A stretch of 64,000 bases of DNA from a plasmid, in sequence record NZ_CP010801.1. One strand, written 5' to 3'. The translations under genes and the position numbers were made by a program. The notes under the pieces are model-generated. The model did not search any database. It saw nothing but the letters and a program-made list of their open reading frames with translations, and was not told where the DNA came from. This document shows, one piece after another, positions 1-8,733 of the stretch (positions are counted from its first letter, which is position 1; each line of letters begins with the position of its first letter).

Positions 1-95
1 CCATCCTTGCGGGTGCGCCTGCCGAGCCGCAGGATGCGCAGGAGCGGTCAGATGCCCGGTCCGAGCCGACCCAGCAACTGGTCGCGCTAGCTGCC

Positions 96-779
96 GTGCC
101 TGCCGTGGCGTCGGAAGAGTTGGTCTTCGTGCCGCGCGGCTTGCTGACTTCAGCCTGCGACATCATCCGCCGTGCTGGTTATGCAGACAACTGCGTAACG
201 CTGAAAGGACTGCGGACAGCCGCTCTGCAACCTTCCACCCAGCAGCAGGCCGGGCCCAACGCACTGCGCCCAGACTTCACCGGCATCGAAGACATGCGCA
301 TCGGCGATATGACGCCAGCGCAGCGCGACGACAGCAAGGAACTCTGGCTGCGCAACAATCTTGGGTTCATGACGGACTACTACCACGAGCACCTGCAATT
401 CCTGCTACGCCGGTTGGACGAGGCCCGCACCTTGGCCACGTCTGCACGGCCGTCGGGAGACGAACTGCAGGCGGTGCGCGACATGCTCGAAGATGCGCGC
501 GCCGAACTGGACATGGTCCGCAAGGCGCTTGGCGTGGGCGACGAGCCGCATCAGTCGTTGGCAGAGCGCACTCTTCAGGCGGCGTTGAAGGCCGGTCATG
601 CGGCCCCGGGGAAGGACACGGAGCGGCTTGATGCAATCGAAGCTGGAATCGAGCTCAGCCGGCGCGTCAACCCGGATTCCTGGACGGCACGACCATTGTT
701 CAAATCGTGGCCCAAGGGCGCGGAATTCCAGACCGCCCGGGAGGCTATCGACTTTGCCATCAAGCTCAACCAGCATTGA
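96..779 (+). CDS. hypothetical protein (227 aa)
   Basis: Long ORF in a GC-rich frame with its own rho-independent terminator immediately downstream; no recognisable motif. Confidence 0.4.
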   Translation: MPAVASEELVFVPRGLLTSACDIIRRAGYADNCVTLKGLRTAALQPSTQQQAGPNALRPDFTGIEDMRIGDMTPAQRDDSKELWLRNNLGFMTDYYHEHLQFLLRRLDEARTLATSARPSGDELQAVRDMLEDARAELDMVRKALGVGDEPHQSLAERTLQAALKAGHAAPGKDTERLDAIEAGIELSRRVNPDSWTARPLFKSWPKGAEFQTAREAIDFAIKLNQH

Positions 780-786
780 ACCGAAC

Positions 787-820
787 CCGCTGCGCGTCTC
801 AGACGCCAGCGGTTTTTTTT
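787..820 (+). terminator. rho-independent terminator
   Basis: GC hairpin CCGCTGCGCGTC-TCA-GACGCCAGCGG followed by T8, right after the stop of ORF 96-779. Confidence 0.7.
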
Positions 821-885
821 GTCGGGTGTCGGGCAACCAATGCTGAACGCTGGCATTTCGCTGGCAACCGACCAAGGAAAATTGA

Positions 886-1575
886 ATGGACAACCCGAAT
901 ACCGAAGCAACAATTGAGCGCTCGCCCGTGGGCCTGAGGCTCGGTGCGCAAGCACTCGCGGCAGAGATCGCGGAGGCAGTTTTCAAGGATGAGCAGCCAG
1001 AGGCGGGAGGCTGCGATATTGGCGCAGGCATGTTCGGTCCGAACTTCTCAGCCTTGATCCGGAAGATTGCCACCGAATATTTGGCTCGGCCCGCTGCAGA
1101 GGCTACGCTGAATATCCTATCCCGGAAAGAATCGAGGTTCAGGGTTCCGTCCATTGATAGCCCCCACCGAAAATTCTGGGAGCACCTCAAGGCCGGCGGC
1201 CGCGTATGGCGTGACGACCGGATCAACGGCGTCAAGGAATGGCTTGATCTTGAACGGCTCGGAGGCGATGCGAACGAGATCAACCGCTACGGCCACAAAG
1301 ACCTTTCGCTGACCGGCCCTGAGATCGATGTGACGCTGCCGCTTTACGACAGCGACGGCTACGAGCACCATTTCGTGACCCGCAGTACACGCGAGATCGT
1401 GACCAAACGTTCCGGCCTCTTCTGCGTATGGGATGCCAGGACGGGAAGCTGTCTTCGATCAGGCGCTGAAGGGTGCTATCTGGGCAACACGCCGCTTTCA
1501 GACGAAGAGATGGAGCGCCGCAAGCAGGAAGGCGCTCGAATTCTCACTGAGATCCGCGCCGCGGCTGACACCTGA
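886..1575 (+). CDS. hypothetical protein (229 aa)
   Basis: ORF with terminator downstream (1594-1628); no recognisable domain. Confidence 0.4.
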   Translation: MDNPNTEATIERSPVGLRLGAQALAAEIAEAVFKDEQPEAGGCDIGAGMFGPNFSALIRKIATEYLARPAAEATLNILSRKESRFRVPSIDSPHRKFWEHLKAGGRVWRDDRINGVKEWLDLERLGGDANEINRYGHKDLSLTGPEIDVTLPLYDSDGYEHHFVTRSTREIVTKRSGLFCVWDARTGSCLRSGAEGCYLGNTPLSDEEMERRKQEGARILTEIRAAADT

Positions 1576-1593
1576 AGCGTACGACTAATCTAG

Positions 1594-1628
1594 CCCCCCG
1601 CGCATCGCGCCGGGGGGCTTTTTCTTTC
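1594..1628 (+). terminator. rho-independent terminator
   Basis: CCCCCCGCGCATCGCGCCGGGGGG stem followed by CTTTTTCTTTC. Confidence 0.6.
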
Positions 1629-1635
1629 GTCCGCG

Positions 1636-1672
1636 CTCGACAACCAACCCTGAACCCGGCAATTCCGCCGGC
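1636..1672 (+). promoter_or_regulatory. conserved upstream element copy A (CGACAAC-N7-GAAC box + CCGGC/GCCGG hairpin)
   Basis: CTCGACAACCAACCCTGAACCC then hairpin CCGGCAATTCCGCCGG, ending ~20 nt before the ATG at 1693; one of 9 copies in the window. Confidence 0.5.
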
Positions 1673-1692
1673 ACTGAGTTGGGAGAGCGATC

Positions 1693-2199
1693 ATGCAACA
1701 ACCTGTGCAGCAATCGGCCAGTGTTCTGGCTCGCTACCGGACGCGCGGCTGGGCCCGCATCTGCGACAAGGCAGCCGAGCTCGATCCGAAATTTGCGCAA
1801 GTCCTGCGCGAATCGGCGCGGCCGGCGCAAATTGCCTACCAGAAGATCATGGGCCGGCACGAAGGCAATCCGGTGGGCGTCGAGTGCCGCGCCGTCAAAC
1901 GCGAGGCGTGGGCTTTCGTCCTGGCGGATGTCAGCTGTCCCGGTCGATTCCGCATCCAGTATTTCGACCTGGACGGGTTCTCTGGGCATTACGTCCACAA
2001 GACGCTCGAGGAGGCCGTCGAAGACATGGTGACGAGCGGCTACCGCCAGATCGACACCGGCGCTCTTGACCGCGTGGCGGCCACCGAGCGGTGGGCGCTC
2101 GGTGTCAAGCGCTCAGCAATCATGCAGCGGCACCAGTCCGGGATGATCGATTGGGCGACGGCGGTTGGTGAGCTTTCCATCCTGCAGACAAATTCCTGA
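1693..2199 (+). CDS. hypothetical protein (168 aa)
   Basis: ORF immediately 3' of the conserved element; GGGAGAG RBS 7 nt upstream of the ATG. Confidence 0.45.
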   Translation: MQQPVQQSASVLARYRTRGWARICDKAAELDPKFAQVLRESARPAQIAYQKIMGRHEGNPVGVECRAVKREAWAFVLADVSCPGRFRIQYFDLDGFSGHYVHKTLEEAVEDMVTSGYRQIDTGALDRVAATERWALGVKRSAIMQRHQSGMIDWATAVGELSILQTNS

Positions 2200-2272
2200 A
2201 GAACTGCACTGACAAGCTGCACGACTTCTGAATGAAACCGACCGTCCGCGCGCCACCAAGGCACGAGGACAT

Positions 2273-2306
2273 CTCAACAACTCTTGCGGGAAAGCACATC
2301 TTTCCC
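2273..2306 (+). promoter_or_regulatory. conserved upstream element copy B (divergent variant)
   Basis: CTCAACAACTCTTGCGGGAAAG followed by the perfect hairpin GGGAAAG-CACAT-CTTTCCC, ~45 nt upstream of the ATG at 2350. Confidence 0.4.
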
Positions 2307-2349
2307 TCCCTGGGATTGGTGTGCTCAACATGCGAATGAAGGAGCAACA

Positions 2350-3075
2350 ATGAACACCATTTCCAAGAAGGTAGAAGACCTGGTTCTCGGCAATCGCGTC
2401 GACCTCAAGTCGTGCCCGTTTCTCAATAATCACCCCATTGCCGAGAGCGAGTATGCCGTCGTGACCTACATTGAAAGGGCAGTGCCTGGATGCGTCGTCA
2501 TCGGCTATGAGGGCATCGATCACGTGGGCTACCAACTTGGCACCTCTGTCCAGGTGCGCGCACCGAAAGACGTACCCGATCCCATCGTCAAGGTTCACCC
2601 TCTCGGCAAACCGGAAGAATGGGAGGAGTGGCATATCTCCCAGAATCTGACCGATCGGTGGGGCGATCTCAACCACTACGACGCGGACAACAAGCCGCTG
2701 GACCTGCTGGCTGATGATGACGGCCTGCTCGAGCGTCTGGTCAACCAGATGTGGGGCGAATCGACCTTCGTGGTTCGCAAGGATGGCAAGTTCGGCATCC
2801 TGTTCGAGGTCGAGTTTTGCTCGCTGGAGAGCGAGGAACCGGAGAAGGAGAATTCGCCCGACTGGTATGCCACGCTCAAGCCGCACACCGAAGTCGTCAA
2901 GGCATTGCTGGAAGGCATGCATCCGCTGGCCGAGAAGTTTCCCAACGTGCAATTTGCCGTTCCCGACGAGGAAGTGATCATCAACGACCGGCCCGCCGCC
3001 TGGGCGTTTGTACCCGATGGCCTGCTGAACAAGGAACAGCGCAAAGAGCTTGGCAACGCATTGCTTGGCCTCTAG
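2350..3075 (+). CDS. hypothetical protein (241 aa)
   Basis: ORF with GAAGGAG RBS; chosen start is the first ATG after the element. The upstream part of the 2284 ORF lacks an RBS. Confidence 0.45.
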   Translation: MNTISKKVEDLVLGNRVDLKSCPFLNNHPIAESEYAVVTYIERAVPGCVVIGYEGIDHVGYQLGTSVQVRAPKDVPDPIVKVHPLGKPEEWEEWHISQNLTDRWGDLNHYDADNKPLDLLADDDGLLERLVNQMWGESTFVVRKDGKFGILFEVEFCSLESEEPEKENSPDWYATLKPHTEVVKALLEGMHPLAEKFPNVQFAVPDEEVIINDRPAAWAFVPDGLLNKEQRKELGNALLGL

Positions 3076-3087
3076 GTCCACCCCCAG

Positions 3088-3120
3088 CCCCCGCGCAGCT
3101 TTGCTGCCGGGGGTTTTTGT
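3088..3120 (+). terminator. rho-independent terminator
   Basis: CCCCCGCGCAGC-TTTG-CTGCCGGGGG followed by TTTTTGT. Confidence 0.65.
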
Positions 3121-3130
3121 ATTCCCCAGG

Positions 3131-3167
3131 CTCGACAACCACCTCCGAACCCCGGCATTCCGCCGGT
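3131..3167 (+). promoter_or_regulatory. conserved upstream element copy C
   Basis: CTCGACAACCACCTCCGAACCC + hairpin CCGGCATTCCGCCGG, then GAGGAG RBS and the ATG at 3183. Confidence 0.5.
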
Positions 3168-3182
3168 CACGAGGAGATCAAA

Positions 3183-4997
3183 ATGGTTGACGAGTTTCAG
3201 TTTTTCCCCACCCCCGCAGGCCTGGCTGCCCGCATGATCGCCAAGTTCAGCACCCACCCCTGGGGCCGCGACGCTCGCGTGCTCGAGCCCTCGGCCGGTG
3301 ACGGCGCGCTGGTGCGGGCCCTGGTCGACGCAGCAAAAGCAGAGCGCAATGCGTGGATGGTCAAGCATCACACCTACTTCCGCATGGACGACCTGCACGT
3401 CGATTTCATTGAGCTCGACATGGGCAAGCACGACGCCCTCAAATCGATCGATGACGTGCGCGGCGAGGTGATCGGCCTGGACTTCCTTCAATTCTCGGGA
3501 AGCCTGGCAGCCTACACGCACGTTCTGGCCAACCCGCCGTTCGCAGCAGGCGTGCACCACCTGCTGAAGGCCTGGGATGGCCTGTTCGATGGCGAGATCG
3601 TGTGTCTGCTCAACGCCGAAACCATCAAGAACCCGTTCTCGAAGGAGCGCCAGCGCCTCGTGCGCCTGATCGAGGCTCATGGCGACGTGGAGTTCATCCA
3701 GGATGCGTTCAAGGGCGAGGGCGTCGAGCGGGAGGCCGATGTCGAAGTGGCCATTGTCCGTCTTGCGAAGAAGGCAGACTTGCAGCGCGACATCATCGGC
3801 TCGGTGCTGGATAGCCTGGCTGAAGACTCCCTGGCCGAAACGGGGGGCGCCGGCGATGCGCATGCCATCGGCGACGATCGACAGTTGGCGATCCCTGGAG
3901 ACGTGATCGTGCGCACGGAGCGCGCGTTCAAGGCAGCTGTCACCTCCATGCGCGAATGCGTCATAGCTCAGGCGCGCGCGAGCTACGCAGCACGCCTGGT
4001 CGGCCAGACGCTGGCGCAGCGCAATGGCGAGGATAAGGGCGATCCGCAAGGCGACCTCATCCAGACTATCCGTGAAGGCATCGCCAAGGGCTATGACGAG
4101 CTCAAGGATCGGGCATGGTCTGAGGTGCTGCGTTCCACCGAGGTGTCAGCGAAGCTCTCCAGCAAGGCGCAGCAGCGTCTCGAGGCAGACTTCCAGCGCA
4201 TCAAGCGGCTGGACTTCAGTGCCTCCAACGTCTACTCGTTCCTGATCGGTCTGATCGATGCGCGGGGAGACATGCTGGTGCAAATGGCCTGCGAGGTGTT
4301 CGACGAGATCACGAGGTATCACTCGGAGAACAGGGTGTATTACGAAGGTTGGAAGAGCAACGATCGGCACCGCACGGCCGGCTGGCGCATCAAGCACACG
4401 CGATTCATCCTGCCGCACTTCAAGGCTGATTATTCTTGGAGCAAGCGTCCGTCGTACAGCATGGTGCAAAGACTGGCCGACTTCGACAAAGTCTTCGCCG
4501 CCCTGGACGGGAAGGAAGTCTCCAGCATCTATGGTCTCTCCGCCATGTTCGAGCGCGAGTGCGAGAGCTTGGCTCATGGCGAGCGCAGGTCGAGCGCGTA
4601 CTTCGACGTCCGCTGGTATCCCGGAAAGGGGACAGTGCACATCTTCCCGCGCAACCAGCAGATGATGGATCGGCTCAACCGCCTGGTCGGCCGCACGCGG
4701 GACTGGCTGCCGCCGCGCGATGAGATGGTCGCGAAGGACTTCTGGCTCGCCTACGAGCGGGCCGAGAAGTTCGACGAGGAGGTGCGCGCGGAGGCTGCGC
4801 GTATGTCCCCGGGCGTGTCGATAGGTGCTGTCACCGGCCCTGAATGGGGCGACGAGAGCAGGACCACCCGGGCCCAGCATGCAGTGGCCAGCGCGTTCAA
4901 CGCAATCGCTCGCAAGCATGGGCTGGATCCGCTTCCAGCGATCGCTTCATCCCACAAGGAGCCGGAGCAACTTCCACTGCTGGCGGTCGCAGCTTGA
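3183..4997 (+). CDS. N6-adenine DNA methyltransferase, large orphan type (604 aa)
   Basis: N-terminal FFPTP (AdoMet motif I-like) and LANPPF (motif IV, NPPF) are signatures of gamma-class N6-adenine methyltransferases. A ~400-aa C-terminal extension follows and no adjacent restriction gene is present. The start follows terminator + element + RBS, so the 2751 N-terminal extension in the ORF track is rejected. Confidence 0.65.
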   Translation: MVDEFQFFPTPAGLAARMIAKFSTHPWGRDARVLEPSAGDGALVRALVDAAKAERNAWMVKHHTYFRMDDLHVDFIELDMGKHDALKSIDDVRGEVIGLDFLQFSGSLAAYTHVLANPPFAAGVHHLLKAWDGLFDGEIVCLLNAETIKNPFSKERQRLVRLIEAHGDVEFIQDAFKGEGVEREADVEVAIVRLAKKADLQRDIIGSVLDSLAEDSLAETGGAGDAHAIGDDRQLAIPGDVIVRTERAFKAAVTSMRECVIAQARASYAARLVGQTLAQRNGEDKGDPQGDLIQTIREGIAKGYDELKDRAWSEVLRSTEVSAKLSSKAQQRLEADFQRIKRLDFSASNVYSFLIGLIDARGDMLVQMACEVFDEITRYHSENRVYYEGWKSNDRHRTAGWRIKHTRFILPHFKADYSWSKRPSYSMVQRLADFDKVFAALDGKEVSSIYGLSAMFERECESLAHGERRSSAYFDVRWYPGKGTVHIFPRNQQMMDRLNRLVGRTRDWLPPRDEMVAKDFWLAYERAEKFDEEVRAEAARMSPGVSIGAVTGPEWGDESRTTRAQHAVASAFNAIARKHGLDPLPAIASSHKEPEQLPLLAVAA

Positions 4998-5023
4998 CCA
5001 GTAGAACGTCCTTCAGACCAACC

Positions 5024-5062
5024 ACCGCCGCGCCCTACCCAGGGCCGGCGGTGTTTTTTTTG
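5024..5062 (+). terminator. rho-independent terminator
   Basis: CCGCCGCGCCCTACCCAGGGCCGGCGG hairpin followed by TGTTTTTTTT. Confidence 0.65.
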
Positions 5063-5137
5063 CCTACCTTGACGCAATAAACAACACCAATCAAAATACA
5101 AACACATGCAACGTTTGCATGATTTGGAGATAGCGAG
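5063..5137 (+). promoter_or_regulatory. AT-rich promoter region with palindromic operator-like site
   Basis: GC content drops sharply here. Inverted repeat ATGCAA-CGT-TTGCAT at 5106-5120 and GGAGATAGCGAG RBS ahead of the ATG at 5138. Confidence 0.4.
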
Positions 5138-5371
5138 ATGTACATCAACGGAATTTTCAGTCTCTCCGCGCTTGAGCGCGATCTGAACGAAGAGATTGTG
5201 CCGGCACTGAATCTCCCGCCGGATGGACCAGTTGGCACTTGGCTGGATTGGGTCGCGCAGGAGAAAGCCAATCGCCGACCGGACATTGCGTTCTACGACA
5301 TCACTGTCGACGAGATCGAGGCGCAGATCCTGGAGGAGACCGGGCAAAGCGCTTCGAACCGAGTTAACTGA
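5138..5371 (+). CDS. hypothetical protein (77 aa)
   Basis: First ORF of a same-strand gene run 5138-7508. Confidence 0.35.
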   Translation: MYINGIFSLSALERDLNEEIVPALNLPPDGPVGTWLDWVAQEKANRRPDIAFYDITVDEIEAQILEETGQSASNRVN

Positions 5372-5392
5372 ATACAACGAGGGAAATTCAAG

Positions 5393-5647
5393 ATGGGACA
5401 AAACAACCAGGGGCAGAACACCCCCTTGTTCTCCGGGACAGGTTGGGAAGCCTATTCGGAGGGCACAGACGCGGACCCCTTTATTCGCGTGTACGACGAG
5501 CTCGGCGAGGGCATGTTCCGACTGCCCAGCTTGAACTGGTCGCATGAGCAAGTTGGTTGCGTGGTGTCCGTTTATAAGCATGGACTGAGTGACGGCATCC
5601 AGCTTGGCAAAGCTTCGGAACAGAAGCGCCTGGCATCGCAAACGTAG
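5393..5647 (+). CDS. hypothetical protein (84 aa)
   Basis: ORF with GAGGGAAATTCAAG upstream of the ATG. Confidence 0.35.
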   Translation: MGQNNQGQNTPLFSGTGWEAYSEGTDADPFIRVYDELGEGMFRLPSLNWSHEQVGCVVSVYKHGLSDGIQLGKASEQKRLASQT

Positions 5648-5664
5648 GACACAGGGGAGAACAC

Positions 5665-6060
5665 TTGAACGCACGAGAGCGCCTGGTGGCCGCTGCTGAG
5701 TGGCTGGGCTGGAACGATCAAGACTTGAGCGCAGGCTTGCGTAATGCGTTTGATGGCCTGCGCCTGTATGACTACGCGCAGGCGCGTCGCGACCTCCCAG
5801 CCTTGGCTGATATGTGGCGGCCGGATGAGCGTATCGATGCGATCGGTTATGACCCCATGGCCCGCCAGTACCACGCTGCAGATACGAGCGGTGCGAACGA
5901 GGCGGCTATGGCGCTGGGAGTCGCCCGAGACCTCCTGAAATCGATCGCGTTCGTCAAGACCGAGGGCGATGCGAAGCGCCTCATCGCCGTCATTGACGAA
6001 ATCGTTGAGCGCGCCCCCGGCGCACAAAGCGCAACCGCCAGCGACGAGGTTGCCGCATAG
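5665..6060 (+). CDS. hypothetical protein (131 aa; non-ATG start)
   Basis: ORF in the same-strand run; the start codon is TTG per the ORF track, so the exact start is uncertain. Confidence 0.3.
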   Translation: MNARERLVAAAEWLGWNDQDLSAGLRNAFDGLRLYDYAQARRDLPALADMWRPDERIDAIGYDPMARQYHAADTSGANEAAMALGVARDLLKSIAFVKTEGDAKRLIAVIDEIVERAPGAQSATASDEVAA

Positions 6061-6077
6061 AGAGGGCTCGGAAAATC

Positions 6078-6647
6078 ATGTCAACGTACACGGTCACTGA
6101 ACGCTGCGGCTGTCGCATCGTCACCGGCGAGTTGCCGCTGTCAGCCATCGGCGTGCTGACGCACGGAATGAGCAGGAAGGCAGTAATGGACGCCAATCTT
6201 GCGAGGATGCTTGGCGCCACCTTCGTCGTCGGCGAGCCAGCTGATATTGACCGCCTTAAGGAAGATCCGTCGGTAGTGGCTGGAGCGCGGGATCGGGTCT
6301 CAGCCACCCACCATCACCTGTCAGATGCGGCACGAGCATGGCTCGCGACCGGTGAGCGTGGCATCAGCAGCGATGCAATGTTCGCCCGTCTCTCTGGCAG
6401 CGTCCCGCGGACCACGGCCACTCCGTCCGACACCGCTGATTTGAGGCGCTGCCGCCTTCTGCTCGAACAAGTGCCCGAGTTCCGGGCGAAATTCCCGATG
6501 ATGGCCGATCTCTCTCCGACGTGGGCCGTATTAGTCCAGCGGTGGGATGAGCTTTGCACGTTGATGGACACTGAGACGCCAGAATGGCGCAAAGGCGGTG
6601 GCATCGCCGTGAAGACCTACCATCTCATGAAAGCGATCGGGTGTTGA
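6078..6647 (+). CDS. hypothetical protein (189 aa)
   Basis: Long ORF with codon usage consistent with its neighbours. Confidence 0.4.
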   Translation: MSTYTVTERCGCRIVTGELPLSAIGVLTHGMSRKAVMDANLARMLGATFVVGEPADIDRLKEDPSVVAGARDRVSATHHHLSDAARAWLATGERGISSDAMFARLSGSVPRTTATPSDTADLRRCRLLLEQVPEFRAKFPMMADLSPTWAVLVQRWDELCTLMDTETPEWRKGGGIAVKTYHLMKAIGC

Positions 6648-6648
6648 C

Positions 6649-6975
6649 GTGCGGCGGACCATCCACCTTGTCATGGCCGATTCGTTGTACGAGGGCAGCG
6701 ATCCGGTGAAGGCGTTTGCAACGAAGCCCCAGGCAGAGGCTTTCGCGCTCAGGTGTCGAGCGTACGCCATGGCCCGACCGGAGTGCCCTGAGATCATTGC
6801 TGACACGCCCGAAAACGATGCCGAGTGGAAAAAGTACATGAAGCGCCAGCATCGGTGGCAAAGGCGCCATCCTGCCGGCGAAGACAGCGCGACGTGCAAC
6901 GATTTCAGCGTCATGCCCATCGATCTGCAGGAACCGACTGATTTCGACGGAGTCGTGGAGGACCGCGCTTCATGA
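6649..6975 (+). CDS. hypothetical protein (108 aa)
   Basis: GTG start 1 nt after the upstream stop; the 3' end overlaps the next gene by ATGA. Confidence 0.35.
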   Translation: MRRTIHLVMADSLYEGSDPVKAFATKPQAEAFALRCRAYAMARPECPEIIADTPENDAEWKKYMKRQHRWQRRHPAGEDSATCNDFSVMPIDLQEPTDFDGVVEDRAS

Positions 6976-7508
6976 AGATGGCCCGCGCTTCTGAGGCTGA
7001 CGTGGACGCTGCGCTTGAAGTGACGCGCATCCTCGATGACCTGCTCAAACGCTACATGCCGTCCAGTGGTTCGGATGAAGGGATCGTATGGTTTGACCAG
7101 GACGACCCTGACCAATGCCAAATCGCACTTGGCAGGCTACTGGACGCTGCGCGCAAGGGATCCATGTTCCGCGTGGTATTCGGCATGGCTGTCCTGCTCG
7201 ATCCGCGCAACGAACTGCTGGACCCCGATGCAGACATGCTGGCTAGACATCCGAAAATCGTTCGCGCCATGAATGCGTGTAAGACCGGCAAACCGGCAGA
7301 CGAACCTGCTCGACAACGCGCTCCCGGCCCGATCGAGGAAATCATGGCGCTGGCGGAGAAGTACGCCAACGACAAGGTAAAGATCCGTCTGGCACGCGTC
7401 ACCGAGAGTTCCGCGGCGATAGCCCGGCGGGAGACCGAGCACGAACGTTCCCGCGTCGCGCTGCTCACCGCCCTTGAAGCCGCGTTTGAGCTCGGCGCTA
7501 CCGCCTGA
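6972..7508 (+). CDS. hypothetical protein (178 aa)
   Basis: ATGA overlap with the upstream gene (translational coupling). Confidence 0.4.
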   Translation: MKMARASEADVDAALEVTRILDDLLKRYMPSSGSDEGIVWFDQDDPDQCQIALGRLLDAARKGSMFRVVFGMAVLLDPRNELLDPDADMLARHPKIVRAMNACKTGKPADEPARQRAPGPIEEIMALAEKYANDKVKIRLARVTESSAAIARRETEHERSRVALLTALEAAFELGATA

Positions 7509-7589
7509 AGCGCTCACGTCCAATCCTGTCGAGCATCGCCCGGACAAAGCGGTCGGCGTAGGGCTGGGCGCTGTCATCCTGCAACGGCA

Positions 7590-7630
7590 GAAAAAAACAA
7601 TCCCGCCAGCCGAAGCTGAGCGGGATTGTG
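7590..7630 (-). terminator. rho-independent terminator (minus strand)
   Basis: On the minus strand, CAATCCCGCTCAGCTTCGGCTGGCGGGATTG followed by T7; terminates the gene at 7634-7879. Confidence 0.65.
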
Positions 7631-7633
7631 TCG

Positions 7634-7879
7634 TCAGTGATGGGTGCGCAGCAAGGCTGGCACCGTACTCAGGTTGTCAAGAGAGCGCAACAGATCTTCC
7701 ACATGACGGTCAGCGCCGCCATAGAAATGGATTGACCTGCGGAGCTCTTCTGCGCAACCGCGAGCCCAACGAGGGCTGATACGTGCTCTCATCAAGATGA
7801 GGTCCGGCGCAGCCGGGAGCATAGCGACGGTGTAGCGAGCCGGTTCGCCAAGCAGACGTGCAACAGTTTGAACAGACAT
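7634..7879 (-). CDS. small HTH protein, excisionase/AlpA-like (81 aa)
   Basis: MSVQTVARLLGE...RISPRWARGCAEEL resembles HTH_17 excisionase-type DNA-binding domains; start chosen at the internal Met with the best N-terminal alignment. Confidence 0.3.
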   Translation of the reverse strand: MSVQTVARLLGEPARYTVAMLPAAPDLILMRARISPRWARGCAEELRRSIHFYGGADRHVEDLLRSLDNLSTVPALLRTHH

Positions 7880-8057
7880 GAATGCCTCCAATACCCCCTA
7901 CGCTCGGGGGTGCAAGTTGGGAACCTCGTGGCGTAGTCCCGGTGATCAGCCAGGCGCGAGGCGATCCGCACCCTCAGAGGGAGAACTTGGATTCACTGGT
8001 TGTTGTCCAGTCAGAAGAGAAAAAAACGGGCGACTTCGCAGCCCTTGCTTGAAGGGC

Positions 8058-8102
8058 CCAAAAACAATCCCCGCCGGCCCAGAAAAGGGCCGTGCGGGGA
8101 TG
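8058..8102 (-). terminator. rho-independent terminator (minus strand)
   Basis: Minus-strand CATCCCCGCACGGCCC-TTTTCT-GGGCCGGCGGGGATTG followed by TTTTTG; lies just 3' of the lipoprotein gene. Confidence 0.6.
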
Positions 8103-8118
8103 CGATCAGGTTGGGGGC

Positions 8119-8613
8119 TCAAAGCGGCATGATTCTCGCCACCTGGCCGAACCAGTTGCCGCCAACGATCTGGACGCGTTGTCCGAGGGCGACGTCCGTG
8201 TCACCTGCCTGGGTGACAGCCACCATCTGGCCGTTGTCCATCTTCACGGTGATCTGATTGCCATGGCGCTGGAAGGCTGTCTGAGCGACATGGCTCGCCG
8301 CAACATATCCGGCGATACCGGAGACGGCCGCGATGGCGAGTTTGCCGTTACCGCGGCCGACCTGCGAGCCAAGCAACCCGCCGGCGGCCGCGCCAGCGAT
8401 ACCCGTAGGTACAGTGGCGGACGTGTCGGCGGTGATGGTGACCGGCCGGATGGACAGTACGGTGCCAACCTGAACGTTCTGCAACTGCTGCGTCTGCTGC
8501 GGCGTGTACATCGAGGCGGAGGACGGATACCGCGCGCCCACATTCAGTGGCATCTGCGCACAACCGGTCAGGAAGGCCAGGGACAGAGTGAAAAGCATGG
8601 TGAAGTAACGCAT
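8119..8613 (-). CDS. outer-membrane lipoprotein, glycine-zipper (SlyB/17-kDa-antigen-like)
   Basis: Signal peptide with lipobox LAFLTGC; Gly-zipper stretch GIAGAAAGGLLGSQVGRGNGKLAIAAVSGIAGYVAA; AAGGAG RBS. Confidence 0.55.
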   Translation of the reverse strand: MRYFTMLFTLSLAFLTGCAQMPLNVGARYPSSASMYTPQQTQQLQNVQVGTVLSIRPVTITADTSATVPTGIAGAAAGGLLGSQVGRGNGKLAIAAVSGIAGYVAASHVAQTAFQRHGNQITVKMDNGQMVAVTQAGDTDVALGQRVQIVGGNWFGQVARIMPL

Positions 8614-8630
8614 GACGACTCCTTGAAGGG

Positions 8631-8670
8631 GCCGGCGAAATTGCCGGGATTCCGGAGTTGTTGTCGTGCG
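8631..8670 (-). promoter_or_regulatory. conserved upstream element copy D (minus orientation)
   Basis: Read in gene sense: ACGACAACAACTCCGGAATCCC + hairpin CCGGCAATTTCGCCGG, then AAGGAG RBS and the ATG at 8613. Confidence 0.5.
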
Positions 8671-8733
8671 CGCGCATGAAAAAAACCGCTCCCACCCTGT
8701 TCGGGTGGTGAGCGGGTTGGGGCAAATCCCAGA

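Noticed and set aside
150-1283. Multiple long antisense or alternate-frame ORFs (e.g. 405-1283 minus, 292 aa) overlapping ORFs 96-779 and 886-1575
   Set aside because: Typical stop-poor frames of ~65% GC DNA. Their translations are Arg/Pro/Ala-rich low-complexity. They have no RBS, and the sense-strand genes have terminators and an RBS.
2751-3182. N-terminal 144-aa extension of the methyltransferase ORF in the ORF track
   Set aside because: The extension is Arg/Gly-rich junk that overlaps the upstream gene and its terminator. The ATG at 3183 has a GAGGAG RBS and the conserved upstream element.
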